A stretch of 64,000 nucleotides of DNA from a virus (taxonomy: Duplodnaviria; Caudoviricetes): the IMG/VR virus record IMGVR_UViG_3300025413_001239. The stretch is one strand, 5' to 3'. Positions within the stretch are counted from its first letter, which is position 1; each line of letters begins with the position of its first letter. Below are positions 30,015-41,044 of this stretch, one piece after another. A program made the position numbers and the translations under genes. The notes beneath the pieces were generated by a model. It worked only from the letters and a program-made list of their open reading frames with translations. It was not told where the DNA came from and made no database searches.

Positions 30015-31688
30015 ATGGATAATAGGATTTCTCAATTATTAGGTTCTAGTGAATCTAAAACATCTGTTAATACAGATGTATATACCAATATTGAAATTAA
30101 TGGTAGTGGAAAACTTATACCTGATAATGATATAAATAGTGTTTTAGACCTTACAACTCAGTTTAATACTGAAAGACAAGCATGTACCTATTATAGACTT
30201 TTAGGTAAAATAAACCCAATAATATCAAATGTTTTATTTAATATTACTGGCCCAGATTCATGGGAAATATTTAATTCACCAGTATTTATTGATATTAATT
30301 TAGCTGTAAGTGATACAAATTTGACATATCCAGAATCATTAAGTAATAATTTAAAAGAAATTGAGGGTTGGTATGGTTATTATAATACTGGTTTTACAAG
30401 TGCTTCTTTATGTCAATTTATTGATATGGAACCTAAACGTGAAAGATTTTCATTCTTACCAGACATGACAAATCATGGTATTAATAATTGGTATTTAACA
30501 ATAACCTATCCATATTCAGCTGACACAACACATTATTTAATTAATGGTGGTTTATTGATTGTTACGGCAACAAATGTAATTGTAGGTGGTAAGCCAATGA
30601 CAGCACTTTATGTACCAGTTTCACATAACTTATCAGTTGGTGATTCTGTTCAATTATCTGGTACAACCAATGATGGAATTTATGATATTAAAAGAGTTGG
30701 TTTAGATGACGGTTCATATAAAAATAATTTTTTCTGTATTGATATAATTGATATTTCTGTTGGTCAAAATAGCAGAATGTCAAAAATTTATAATGATGTT
30801 CCATCAACTTATTATTTTAGGAAATTTAAAAAAGTTAATACGAAAGCTGGTAAACAAGTTGAATTCGGTGATTACGACATTTATAAATTAGGATTTTCTG
30901 AAACCATATTTACTGATGAAATTACACAATTTATTTTTAATGAAGAAATTGATGTAAATGGCCTTAATGATAATTTAGGTAGACCATTAAGTCAATTATA
31001 CTTAACAACTATTAAAACGGATTCAAACGGTATTTTTTCTAATATTTCATCAGGACTTGAGGTACCATTTATTGACGTTTTTAATAGTGTTATACCATAT
31101 CTATCAGCTGTTACTGTTGTACAAAAAATACATAATGTAAGTGATTGGAAAGTATCATCATCAGCGTCATTAGAATCAAATGTATTAATATCAAATTCAG
31201 ATTTTTATGGTGATGTTGTTGAATATAATACAACGACCATTCAAGAAGTAATTTTAAGCGATGTTCAATATAGATTTAATACAATAAATAGAGAAACAAC
31301 AAATGGGATTATTGCTGGTGGTCCAAGACCAGAAGGTTATTATTATAAGGCGCATAACATAATTAATATAAGACAATTTAGTAGTTATGTTGAACAAGGT
31401 AATTCTGGTTCAACAACTGGTATTCCAATTTATGCTGAAAGTTTAAGTGATGGTAGATACATTTGGCGAGACTTTTTAGACATCGGTTATATTGATATTA
31501 ATCAACCAGTATTAAATTATCCGTTTTTAAATGGTAATCATTATATATATCAAAATTATGAATTTATTATAAGAAGACAAGATGCTTTTGATGAATGGGG
31601 TTTATTTTATTCTACATTTCCAGCAGACCCAATAGGTAAAGCAACACCACCACATTTTAAAATAAAATCAGCAGAAACAATATGTTAA
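30015..31688 (+). CDS. Putative baseplate/tail structural protein
   Basis: Long ORF within the baseplate block. The ATG at 30015, just after the upstream stop, is preferred over 29985. Confidence 0.5.
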   Translation: MDNRISQLLGSSESKTSVNTDVYTNIEINGSGKLIPDNDINSVLDLTTQFNTERQACTYYRLLGKINPIISNVLFNITGPDSWEIFNSPVFIDINLAVSDTNLTYPESLSNNLKEIEGWYGYYNTGFTSASLCQFIDMEPKRERFSFLPDMTNHGINNWYLTITYPYSADTTHYLINGGLLIVTATNVIVGGKPMTALYVPVSHNLSVGDSVQLSGTTNDGIYDIKRVGLDDGSYKNNFFCIDIIDISVGQNSRMSKIYNDVPSTYYFRKFKKVNTKAGKQVEFGDYDIYKLGFSETIFTDEITQFIFNEEIDVNGLNDNLGRPLSQLYLTTIKTDSNGIFSNISSGLEVPFIDVFNSVIPYLSAVTVVQKIHNVSDWKVSSSASLESNVLISNSDFYGDVVEYNTTTIQEVILSDVQYRFNTINRETTNGIIAGGPRPEGYYYKAHNIINIRQFSSYVEQGNSGSTTGIPIYAESLSDGRYIWRDFLDIGYIDINQPVLNYPFLNGNHYIYQNYEFIIRRQDAFDEWGLFYSTFPADPIGKATPPHFKIKSAETIC

Positions 31689-32551
31689 AATATCAAATAA
31701 ATCCAAGTATATTTGCTAGTGGTACGACAGCAAGTACGATTAATATACCAATTACATTAAAATTTGAACCTATTGATAATAGTGAAGCTATTCAAAATAA
31801 TTTTGTTAATGAACAAGTTCAAGAATCAATTAATCCAATTTTAGATTATGAAAAGATTAAATTTAAACCATTTTCAAATGTTCAAAATAATACTGGACCT
31901 GTTAATCAAATAACATATACGGTAAATTTTTTAACTGGTAATACAATATTATCACCAACATATTATTCAAATATTGACTTCACTGATGATGATATTAAAT
32001 ACGAAAGAAATTACTTTTTACAAAGTTATTTGTATTTAGGTTTTTATGATAGTGATAATACGTTAACACAAAATTTAGTTACTGAAATTGAAATGTATTG
32101 TGGTTTAAATAAAGGAAATAATGGTGATTTTTTAGATTCAACAGCTGCTCAGTCAATTAATTATTCAGTTGGTCATCCAAAATTAGCTTCAGCAATTCCA
32201 GTAAGATTAATAGTTTCTAACCCTTTAAAAATAAATAATGGATTTTATGAAGGTTATAATATTTATGATTATAAGAGTGATTATTATTTAACACCATCAA
32301 AATACTTGTATATGAAAGCTAGTTTTTTTAACGCTAAAAATGGTAAAACAATTAACTTAATGACTGAAAAAAAGCCATATACAATTGATGAGTTGGTTAA
32401 TAAATTATACACTAGATATAAGCTTTATAAAAACGAATTTGGTTATTATTATGAAATTGATAATACTTACTCAAGTAATGTATTTATTAACAATAATATA
32501 CCTAATTTACCAAATATTACTGTAAATCTTTATCAAATACAATCGTTGTAA
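31682..32551 (+). CDS. Putative virion structural protein
   Basis: Overlap-coupled ORF in the baseplate block with N/T/Y-rich, beta-type composition. Confidence 0.45.
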   Translation: MLKYQINPSIFASGTTASTINIPITLKFEPIDNSEAIQNNFVNEQVQESINPILDYEKIKFKPFSNVQNNTGPVNQITYTVNFLTGNTILSPTYYSNIDFTDDDIKYERNYFLQSYLYLGFYDSDNTLTQNLVTEIEMYCGLNKGNNGDFLDSTAAQSINYSVGHPKLASAIPVRLIVSNPLKINNGFYEGYNIYDYKSDYYLTPSKYLYMKASFFNAKNGKTINLMTEKKPYTIDELVNKLYTRYKLYKNEFGYYYEIDNTYSSNVFINNNIPNLPNITVNLYQIQSL

Positions 32552-33294
32552 TGGAATTAATAAAAAGACAAATATCGTTAGAAGAATCGACAGATAGAAA
32601 TTATAATAGTCCAACCTATGGAACTATTACAGCAACTTCTTTCTATATTAATGTAATGTTAACTCAAGACATTGAAAATTTAGGTATTTTTACAGATATT
32701 GATTATATTTCTAGTAGTTCATATACACAAAACATAAACGACTATAATGTAAAAAAAGTTGGTGTTAAAGTTTATGATTTTTATACAACAAATAATAAAT
32801 TAGTTACTGGTCGTACAGAATCACATTTAACAGATGTTAGAACATATAGTTCAAAATCCCCATATCAGGTTGGTTTTAATGTAAATTCTGAGACATATAT
32901 TGATTTTAAGGGTAATACAATTAACGGTGTTGATAGGGTAACGTCCATTTCGGACCCAATAACATATGTATTTGGTACCGATAAAGATGACCCAAATATT
33001 GGTAATACTAATCAAAAAAGTGGTCTTTTATATCAAGACTATAGTGCCACAAATTTAACACATATATCATATATTGGACAAGGATGGAATGAAACAAATA
33101 TATCATTATCAGCATTAACAAAAATAAATGATTACACATTTGGAATAACTTCTGTACCAGTAGTTAATAGTGATGTTTTTATTGACAGAGGAATAACAAA
33201 CGTATTTGAACCACACTTAAAATTATCTGAAGTAACTAATTTAGGCGAATTGGAAAGGTATGGTAACGGATATTTTAATTTAACAACAACATAA
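32551..33294 (+). CDS. Putative virion structural protein
   Basis: Coupled to the upstream gene by a TAATG overlap, in the baseplate block. Confidence 0.45.
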   Translation: MELIKRQISLEESTDRNYNSPTYGTITATSFYINVMLTQDIENLGIFTDIDYISSSSYTQNINDYNVKKVGVKVYDFYTTNNKLVTGRTESHLTDVRTYSSKSPYQVGFNVNSETYIDFKGNTINGVDRVTSISDPITYVFGTDKDDPNIGNTNQKSGLLYQDYSATNLTHISYIGQGWNETNISLSALTKINDYTFGITSVPVVNSDVFIDRGITNVFEPHLKLSEVTNLGELERYGNGYFNLTTT

Positions 33295-33314
33295 AAAAAT
33301 AAAAAAAATAAAAT

Positions 33315-34223
33315 ATGGCAACAGGAACTTATGGCATAGTTAGACCATCGGATGTATCAACAGATGATATCGAAGTCTTTTATACTTATACCCCTTCAAG
33401 GGACAAACAAAGCAATGGATTAACTAAAATAGCTAATTCAAGTGATGTTTTAATAAAGGTTAATAATCCAAATAATACAAATGGTGGGTTTGAAATGTTT
33501 GGTGGGTTATATACACTTAAATTACCAGTATCAATATTTAATACTGCTGGTATTTATACGGTTATAATTAAACCAATTGAAATTAGAACAACAATCACGG
33601 ATGTTGGTGTTTTGTCAGCATATCCAGATGTTAGAGGTTTAGTATTTGATTCATCAATTATACCAACAAATTTAGCTAATAGATTTGCAAATAATGGTCT
33701 TATTGGTTATAGAATTGAATATTTAGATACAACAAAATCTGATAGTAAAGTTAATAATACCTTTACGATTATAACATCTAATAATCGTGCTGAAGTTGTA
33801 AATCAAAACTTAACTAATTCAAACCAAAAGGCTGTTAGATATCGTTTTAATGATAATTCAACATTAGTTTTTTGTACTATTACCCCAAATTCAGCATCAA
33901 GTGTAAATCCGAATGTATTTCCATTTATTGGACAACCAAATCAAAATGTAATTATTACTAATACATTTTTTAACCCTATTATGGTTGAAATTGAATTAGT
34001 TAATTATGATATTGAAACACTTGCCTACGGTATATTTGGTAATCAAAGTAAATCCACAGAAGATGGAATTTATACAATATATAACTTTAATAATCAAATC
34101 TTTGCACAATATGACCTATATGAAATTAAAGATGCTTTCACTGGTGTACCTTTATTTGATATTAGAGAACAAAGAAATAATATAGATTTCACAAAGAATT
34201 TTAATTCGGTAACAAAAGTTTAA
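33315..34223 (+). CDS. Putative baseplate structural protein
   Basis: 302-aa ORF in the structural block. Confidence 0.45.
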   Translation: MATGTYGIVRPSDVSTDDIEVFYTYTPSRDKQSNGLTKIANSSDVLIKVNNPNNTNGGFEMFGGLYTLKLPVSIFNTAGIYTVIIKPIEIRTTITDVGVLSAYPDVRGLVFDSSIIPTNLANRFANNGLIGYRIEYLDTTKSDSKVNNTFTIITSNNRAEVVNQNLTNSNQKAVRYRFNDNSTLVFCTITPNSASSVNPNVFPFIGQPNQNVIITNTFFNPIMVEIELVNYDIETLAYGIFGNQSKSTEDGIYTIYNFNNQIFAQYDLYEIKDAFTGVPLFDIREQRNNIDFTKNFNSVTKV

Positions 34224-34225
34224 TT

Positions 34226-36280
34226 ATGGCTAGTAATAGAATAAAAGTTTTAGGTTATGCTCAAAAAGTAGTATATGAGGACCAAGTCCAATATACACCA
34301 TACACCCCAGATTTAGTTGGTTTTCAATTAGCTAGTAATGGTGGTACCCCTCTATTTACGATGGGTAACTTTTATGTTACAACAAACCTTGAGCCAAAAG
34401 TTAATAAAGTATTTGTAACCAATAATCAATCTAATTATAAGTCATTAAATGATATTAATTCTACTGGACAAGATATTCAAGTATTATTAGATAATAATAA
34501 TATTGTTGTTTTAAATCTTGATAAAACAAATTTATCTAATTATGCATTATTTAATTCACTTTCTGAATATGTTAGGGTTGCATTAGAAAATATTATCACA
34601 AATTGGCCAGCTGCTTTATATGTTAAACCATTATATGCGTTACCACCAAATTATTCAACTCAAAGTGGTGTTACATTTCAAAATTATTCATTCAATAATC
34701 TTACAAGTGTTTCCACTTTTGCCATTAATACAAATGTAATAGTTAATAATTTTCAAATAAACTATTTAGCTAGTGGTTCATTAGAAAAAACTTTTAACTC
34801 AACTAATTCATTAAGAAATATTGCGTTAAATTATTCACAATATTCAATTTTACTTAATGGGGTAGAGTACCCTATTTTAGGTTTTACTGGTTCCACACAA
34901 ATATCTAATGATTATATATATCTTTCAGTTAGTGGTGATGTATTTTCTGGTGCTGTTAGTGGATATAATACGTATCACATTAAACCAAATACTACACAAG
35001 AAAATTTATTTTATAATTCATTACCAAATTTTGAATATTATTTATTAAATAGATTATCAAATCCTTTATTTACAGCAACTTTTAGTTTTTCAGTTAAAAC
35101 CGATTCTGGTGGTATAGCTTATACAACAAATAGTGTTACTTGGCCAACTAGTGATGGGTACAATATTGATTTTGATTCAGATGCTTATACAGATTATGCA
35201 ACCAATTTATTAAATATTTCAACAAGTTATGATGATACAACTGGTAATTTAATGGTTAGATTCCTTGTAACAGAATCAATAACTGAATTTGATACATCAA
35301 GTGTTTATTTAGGTGATTTAGACCAAGATTCTACCGACCAAAAAATGAATAAGACACTAACCATCTATGGTGTTGAATACGATGAAATAAATAATTACAT
35401 ACAAGGTATTAGATTTGTTAATACTGTATCATATGATAAAAATAATAATACACCAGATATCTATTTAAAAAGTATTGCGAATATTTTAGGTTGGGACTTA
35501 GTTTCATCTATTTTAGAGAATGACTTATTAAGAAGTTATGTAACCCCTAACAAATCAACATATGCTGGGCATGGTGTTGGTTTAACGTTACAAGAAGCTG
35601 ATACTGAACTATGGAGAAGAATTATATTAAATTCACCTTGGATATGGAAATCAAAGGGTACTAGAAAAGCTATTGAATTTTTATTTAAGTTTATAGGTAC
35701 ACCTTCTGGTCTAATCACATTTAATGAATACGTTTATGCCGCTGAAGAATCAATTGATGTTGATTTATTTAAAAGTGTTTTAGCTTTAAATAAATTAAGT
35801 ACTGATATATCAAATTATCCTATAGATTTAAACGGAAACCCTAAACCATTAATTAACACATCATCAATTTACTTTCAAAGTAATGGGTTATGGTATAGGG
35901 AAACTGGGGGTGCCAATTCAATGTTAGATATAACAACAGGTAACAATCCACATATTGGACCATATGACGGTGGTTCAACATATTTAAATCAATTTAAAAC
36001 ACTTATACCTAATTTTAGTGCTGTAACCGTAAGTTCACAAACTGTTACAACAGTCACTCTTAATATGTTTACAAATTATAATTCTGGTACGTTTGACTTT
36101 TATAGTGGTGATACTTATATTAAGGTAATTGATTCAAAAAATATTGATATAACAGCATCTGGTACTACTATATCAATAATTGATGACCCATATAATCGTT
36201 TAGAATTTAACTGTAACGAGTGTCCAATACCTAATGATACAAAATCATTAAGTATTCTAATAAAAGGTAATAAAAGGTAA
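34226..36280 (+). CDS. Baseplate wedge protein with a P2 gpI / T4 gp7-like motif
   Basis: YLKSIANILGWD...WRRIILNSPWIWKSKGTRKAIEFLFKFIG. Confidence 0.65.
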   Translation: MASNRIKVLGYAQKVVYEDQVQYTPYTPDLVGFQLASNGGTPLFTMGNFYVTTNLEPKVNKVFVTNNQSNYKSLNDINSTGQDIQVLLDNNNIVVLNLDKTNLSNYALFNSLSEYVRVALENIITNWPAALYVKPLYALPPNYSTQSGVTFQNYSFNNLTSVSTFAINTNVIVNNFQINYLASGSLEKTFNSTNSLRNIALNYSQYSILLNGVEYPILGFTGSTQISNDYIYLSVSGDVFSGAVSGYNTYHIKPNTTQENLFYNSLPNFEYYLLNRLSNPLFTATFSFSVKTDSGGIAYTTNSVTWPTSDGYNIDFDSDAYTDYATNLLNISTSYDDTTGNLMVRFLVTESITEFDTSSVYLGDLDQDSTDQKMNKTLTIYGVEYDEINNYIQGIRFVNTVSYDKNNNTPDIYLKSIANILGWDLVSSILENDLLRSYVTPNKSTYAGHGVGLTLQEADTELWRRIILNSPWIWKSKGTRKAIEFLFKFIGTPSGLITFNEYVYAAEESIDVDLFKSVLALNKLSTDISNYPIDLNGNPKPLINTSSIYFQSNGLWYRETGGANSMLDITTGNNPHIGPYDGGSTYLNQFKTLIPNFSAVTVSSQTVTTVTLNMFTNYNSGTFDFYSGDTYIKVIDSKNIDITASGTTISIIDDPYNRLEFNCNECPIPNDTKSLSILIKGNKR

Positions 36281-36288
36281 TAATTAAA

Positions 36289-39200
36289 ATGATAAATTTA
36301 TATAATAACACAAACTTAAATTATAACCCACCATTTAATATCATTTTAAATCCAAATGGTAATAGTGGTGAAATGTTTATTGTTACACCAGATGAAACAT
36401 GTACATTAAATATTTCATTTGATTATCTTTTCAAATTTGATTGTGCTGATTTACTTAGTTATACCAGAACTGGCAATAATTTATTAAGTTTGTTTGAATC
36501 AATAGGTGCATCAGTATCACTTAATTTATTAACAACAAATGATAAAAAAGTTACATCAACATCAGTATATAATGAAACATTTTTTAAACCAATTGGTGTT
36601 GGAAATATGTTTAATTACCTTAATAATTTAAATGGTGCATCTTCTGGATTTTTCTTATGTGGTGAAATTGGTAATGACCCAACGTGCCATCCGTTAACTA
36701 TTGATAATGCTAGTTCAACAACTTGTTCATTAGTTTTACCATCCATATATACAAGTTTACAAAATGAATATGGTTCTAAAATAACAAAAAGTTTTAACCC
36801 CTTAATTATTTCTGGTTTATCATCTACTTGGTCTAAATATAGTAAAGATATAACAGATTCAGCCATAATTAATAAAATTATTAATAAAAATATTAATATA
36901 AGTGTTGAAGTTAGTGGTACCGTTATTAATACATATGTTTTATTGGATAATATAGTAATTAAAAGAAATTGTACACATATTAGTGAAAATGATATTTTTG
37001 TATCTAAATCTCCAGGTTTTAATCTTAAAAAAGTTGTTGATAATAAAAAATCTTGGGTTTTAAATAAAAATGCTGAGGAAAGAGCGTTCAATGTTCCAAA
37101 TATTACCAATTTATTAACAAAAAGAGAAACTGATTATACAATAAATAATGGTTCACTTGTTCTTAATTCAAAAGAAATTGATTTAAATCTTGATATTTCT
37201 AAAGCTGTTGAAACAGATGTTTGGACATATATTGTTAATAATCCATGTATTTTAACTGGGTATAATGTTGACACAAAAATTGTCACTAAACAAGTCAGCA
37301 CACCAATTTATTCATCTGGAACTATTATATGTAGTGCACAATCGGTTAGTGTTTGTATTAGTGATGGTTGTGGTGATAAACCAATTAATATTAATGCGTT
37401 AACAACACAACCATTAAGCTTGGTGAAAACGGTTGAAAATTTTGAAGCATATGTTGAATCAGAATTGGTTGACGGTAAAAATAGAAAAATAATTTCATCA
37501 TATCCAACACTTAGATTACTCTATGATAGGTATATAAATAGTTTAGATTATTGCGGTACAAAATCAAATAATTTTGATTATTTTAAAATGATTAATTTCA
37601 CTAATCTTATTGGTAATTATTGGGTTGACTTAATTGAACAAGTAATGCCAGCAACAACCATTTGGAATTCAACAAAGGTTTATGGTAATACAATATTTGA
37701 TTCACAAAAATTTCAATATAAACCAAATACATTATTTTTTGGTACCGCTAGTACTTATAATCAAGTATTAAGTCCATGTACAGGTGTAACTTGTGGTGTT
37801 GATGTTAAAACAAGTGTAATCTTAAGTGGGTCAAGTAATATTTCAGAATTCTTAAGTCCAAAAACAAATAATGATTTTAGTAATGCTTATTTAATACAAT
37901 ATAATAGTGGTTCAGAATTTATTGGTTCTGTAACTAAAACAGTTAATTTCACATGTAATATTGAATTATCAACAAACACTACAAATGCTTTACCTAATAA
38001 TACAGGTGGTATTTGTAATACAATCCTAAGTAGTCCAAATGGTGCTGTTAACTATTCATTAAGTGCTAAATCATCAAATTCAATCATACAAAGTGGTCAG
38101 GGTGTAATGGTTCTTCCAATATTTAATAATTTATCAGCTGATACTTACACATTAACTGTTACGGATATTTATGGTTGTCACCAAAACTCAACATTTGTTA
38201 TTTCATATAACCCTTGTGTATTAACATTTACATCGGTTAACACTAATTCATTTAAGGGTATGAATAATGGTTTCGTTACTATTTCAAATATTAACGATAC
38301 TGGATTAGTAACTGGTTATACATTAACAAGTGGTGCGACAACAATAAGTGCTGGTACATTTAATAACCAAAACAATAACCAACAATTATCTTTAACAATT
38401 GCTAATTTATCAGCTGGAACTTATTCACTAACACTAACTGATAATTATGGTTGTAACGTAACTAGTGGTGTAACAATTAATGAAAATCCTTGTATTTTAA
38501 GTACTACAGCATTATCTGTACCATTTACACAATTTGATGATGGTACTGGAACTGGTTCCATAACTCTTAATGTTACTAATGCTTACGGTATACCTAGTTC
38601 AATACCAGCTGGTAACCCTCAACCAACATCAATCCAATCACCTAATTTAGGTGTATCATATACTGTAAGTGGTATAACAACAAATAAAACTGGGACAATT
38701 AATGATGTTAATAATCATACCGAAGGTAATTTAAGTGCTGGTGCTTATAATGTTAAATTTATCGATAATTCAGCTATAGGTTGTTATTCTAGTACGACAC
38801 TATCCATACCAAAAATAACATATAGTGGTTATGCTGGTTATTGTGAAATTGCAACCGCTGACTTTAAACTTAGGGAGTTTATAACTGGGTTTAGTTCACC
38901 AGTTTTATCATATTGGTTTCCAACAACTAAAAATGGTGGTAAAAATAGAATTTATGTTTTATTTAACGTCAATTCTAATTCAACTAATACTATTACTTCT
39001 AATATTTATTATCTTGACAATTCAAATGATTTTATTAAATCAACAACACCATACACACCATATTTTACTAGTTCAGATTTTAAACCAATTGGTACATATA
39101 ATGGGAATACGGTTAATAATTTTTATAAAAACGCTATATTTGATGAAAATAATAACAATATATATTTTTGTGGCGAAAATAGCATAAATCCAAATAGTGG

Positions 39201-40767
39201 TGCTAATAGCATAAATCCAAATAATGGTGGTTTGGATGTTTATGATATTGATACAGATACATGGGTTGGTACAATACCTTATGGTTCAAATGATACTAAT
39301 GATAGACAAGTTTTATATTCATACTCAACAAATGTAAATAATAAAACAATTAAATTCATTGTTGTAAATAATTCAAAAATAGACCGTGGTGGTGGTGCTT
39401 ATGGTGGTGGCTTTACCGTTTACCAAGCTAATACAATAAAACCTTATTTACAGAATCCAACAAAAAATAGTTTAGTATCATTTGATATTGTCTTAGATGC
39501 AGGTAATAATATTACCTATAAGGATTATTTTTATAATGGTTCACTTTATCTTGGTTTGTTCATAAAAGTTGGTGACTATTACTGGAGTTGTCCTGGTGGT
39601 AGTGTTAATAACGCTGGTATACTTATTTTCGCTTTAGAGGCTAGTGATAGTGCTAATAATATTAAACCAGTTAACCCAGCTGACCCAGCACTTCTCCCAA
39701 ATCAATCAAAATTTATAAATGGGAAGTATTGGGGTTCTATTTTTTATGATGAATCATACCATAAAGTTTATTTTTCTGATTTTGGCTCTCAAACAATATC
39801 AGTTTATGATGTTACAAATGGAAATAATATTGGTGGTGGTGGTAAACTTTTGAAAGAGATAGACATTAGTAAATATAATTCTGGTTATAATTCCGATTTC
39901 TCTAATCTTAATTATGTTCCAATTACTTATGTAACTTTAGACCCAATTGATAATAATACTTTATATTGTACAGTTCAAATGAATGACCCATCAGATGAAG
40001 AAACTCCAAGGTGGAGTAATACATATGTAATTGATAGAGATAAATCAGTTTTTAAAAGACTTATCAAAGGTTTTTATGCTTTAAATACTTCAGTTGTAGA
40101 TGATGGTTATGATACTAAGAGTCTTATGTCTGTTAATAATGGTGAGGGTACATTAAGTATTTATAATAATAGATATAGTGGTTATACAACTGGTAATTAT
40201 ATTTATACATCAATGATGAGGTATAAAAATGGTACACCAGATACTAGTCTTTCTGATAAGGGTATTCTTAATAAAATTAATCAAATAGATGCGTATGGTA
40301 CAACAGCAACAACTGTAAATACAAATATTTTTGAGGTTACTAATCAATATAAAAATAAAATTAGTGCACCAAAAGTCATAAGTGGTGCTTGTCTTACTAC
40401 GTCTTTTGCTAGTGCAAGTACTAATACGATAGCTAATACTACTACTCAACAAAGTGTAAATTTCCAAATGCAATTTGACCCAACTGTTTACAATAATAGT
40501 AAAATATCGAATTTTGTTGTATCACTATATGATGCTTCTAACGGACCAATCGGTTCCCCATCAACTGGTGTAACATACAGTTATTCAACAGTAAATTATA
40601 ATGGTGGATATATTGATGATATTCTAACTTCAAGTACACAATATTTTACATCGAATACAGTTGCTTATAAAATACATTTGGATTATTATAGTGGAAGTAC
40701 TATTACACCTAGTAATAAAATAACTGGTTATACATATAATGGTCCGACAAATACCAAAAATCCATAA
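36289..40767 (+). CDS. Large tail/receptor-binding protein: conserved N-terminal half, three SprB-like repeats, beta-propeller
   Basis: NLSADTYTLTVTDIYGC, NLSAGTYSLTLTDNYGC and NLSAGAYNVKFID repeats. Blade-like motifs (IFDENNNNIYF, FYDESYHKVYFSDFGSQTISVYD, TLDPIDNNTLY). Confidence 0.55.
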   Translation: MINLYNNTNLNYNPPFNIILNPNGNSGEMFIVTPDETCTLNISFDYLFKFDCADLLSYTRTGNNLLSLFESIGASVSLNLLTTNDKKVTSTSVYNETFFKPIGVGNMFNYLNNLNGASSGFFLCGEIGNDPTCHPLTIDNASSTTCSLVLPSIYTSLQNEYGSKITKSFNPLIISGLSSTWSKYSKDITDSAIINKIINKNINISVEVSGTVINTYVLLDNIVIKRNCTHISENDIFVSKSPGFNLKKVVDNKKSWVLNKNAEERAFNVPNITNLLTKRETDYTINNGSLVLNSKEIDLNLDISKAVETDVWTYIVNNPCILTGYNVDTKIVTKQVSTPIYSSGTIICSAQSVSVCISDGCGDKPININALTTQPLSLVKTVENFEAYVESELVDGKNRKIISSYPTLRLLYDRYINSLDYCGTKSNNFDYFKMINFTNLIGNYWVDLIEQVMPATTIWNSTKVYGNTIFDSQKFQYKPNTLFFGTASTYNQVLSPCTGVTCGVDVKTSVILSGSSNISEFLSPKTNNDFSNAYLIQYNSGSEFIGSVTKTVNFTCNIELSTNTTNALPNNTGGICNTILSSPNGAVNYSLSAKSSNSIIQSGQGVMVLPIFNNLSADTYTLTVTDIYGCHQNSTFVISYNPCVLTFTSVNTNSFKGMNNGFVTISNINDTGLVTGYTLTSGATTISAGTFNNQNNNQQLSLTIANLSAGTYSLTLTDNYGCNVTSGVTINENPCILSTTALSVPFTQFDDGTGTGSITLNVTNAYGIPSSIPAGNPQPTSIQSPNLGVSYTVSGITTNKTGTINDVNNHTEGNLSAGAYNVKFIDNSAIGCYSSTTLSIPKITYSGYAGYCEIATADFKLREFITGFSSPVLSYWFPTTKNGGKNRIYVLFNVNSNSTNTITSNIYYLDNSNDFIKSTTPYTPYFTSSDFKPIGTYNGNTVNNFYKNAIFDENNNNIYFCGENSINPNSGANSINPNNGGLDVYDIDTDTWVGTIPYGSNDTNDRQVLYSYSTNVNNKTIKFIVVNNSKIDRGGGAYGGGFTVYQANTIKPYLQNPTKNSLVSFDIVLDAGNNITYKDYFYNGSLYLGLFIKVGDYYWSCPGGSVNNAGILIFALEASDSANNIKPVNPADPALLPNQSKFINGKYWGSIFYDESYHKVYFSDFGSQTISVYDVTNGNNIGGGGKLLKEIDISKYNSGYNSDFSNLNYVPITYVTLDPIDNNTLYCTVQMNDPSDEETPRWSNTYVIDRDKSVFKRLIKGFYALNTSVVDDGYDTKSLMSVNNGEGTLSIYNNRYSGYTTGNYIYTSMMRYKNGTPDTSLSDKGILNKINQIDAYGTTATTVNTNIFEVTNQYKNKISAPKVISGACLTTSFASASTNTIANTTTQQSVNFQMQFDPTVYNNSKISNFVVSLYDASNGPIGSPSTGVTYSYSTVNYNGGYIDDILTSSTQYFTSNTVAYKIHLDYYSGSTITPSNKITGYTYNGPTNTKNP

Positions 40768-40789
40768 TAAAATAATTAAACTTAATACA

Positions 40790-40797
40790 TATTTATA
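40790..40797 (+). promoter_or_regulatory. Putative late-promoter motif TATTTATA
   Basis: Directly upstream of the ATG at 40802. Confidence 0.45.
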
Positions 40798-40801
40798 ATA
40801 T

Positions 40802-41044
40802 ATGCCATTAGTAATAAAAAAAATAGAAGGTAAGTTTTTGGATAATTATGTAAGTAATATACCAATATATAGTATGTTATCCGCCACAATACAAAATAGC
40901 GATTATATAAATGTTAATGGTGAAATATTTTTTTTACAAAACTATTCAAAAGTTAATACGTTAACACAAGGAAAAACCTTATTAAGTTATGGTTTAAAAA
41001 ATAATTATAATTTACCAACCTCAGTTTTACAATTGTCATACTAA
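40802..41044 (+). CDS. Small hypothetical protein
   Basis: 80-aa ORF coupled to the next gene by a TAATG overlap. Confidence 0.5.
   Translation: MPLVIKKIEGKFLDNYVSNIPIYSMLSATIQNSDYINVNGEIFFLQNYSKVNTLTQGKTLLSYGLKNNYNLPTSVLQLSY

Noticed and set aside
36258-36283. 10-nt tandem duplication (TAATAAAAGG x2) as a frameshift that split one gene into 34226 and 36289
   Set aside because: Removing one copy still gives a stop two codons later (GGT AAT AAT TAA), so the ORFs would not fuse.
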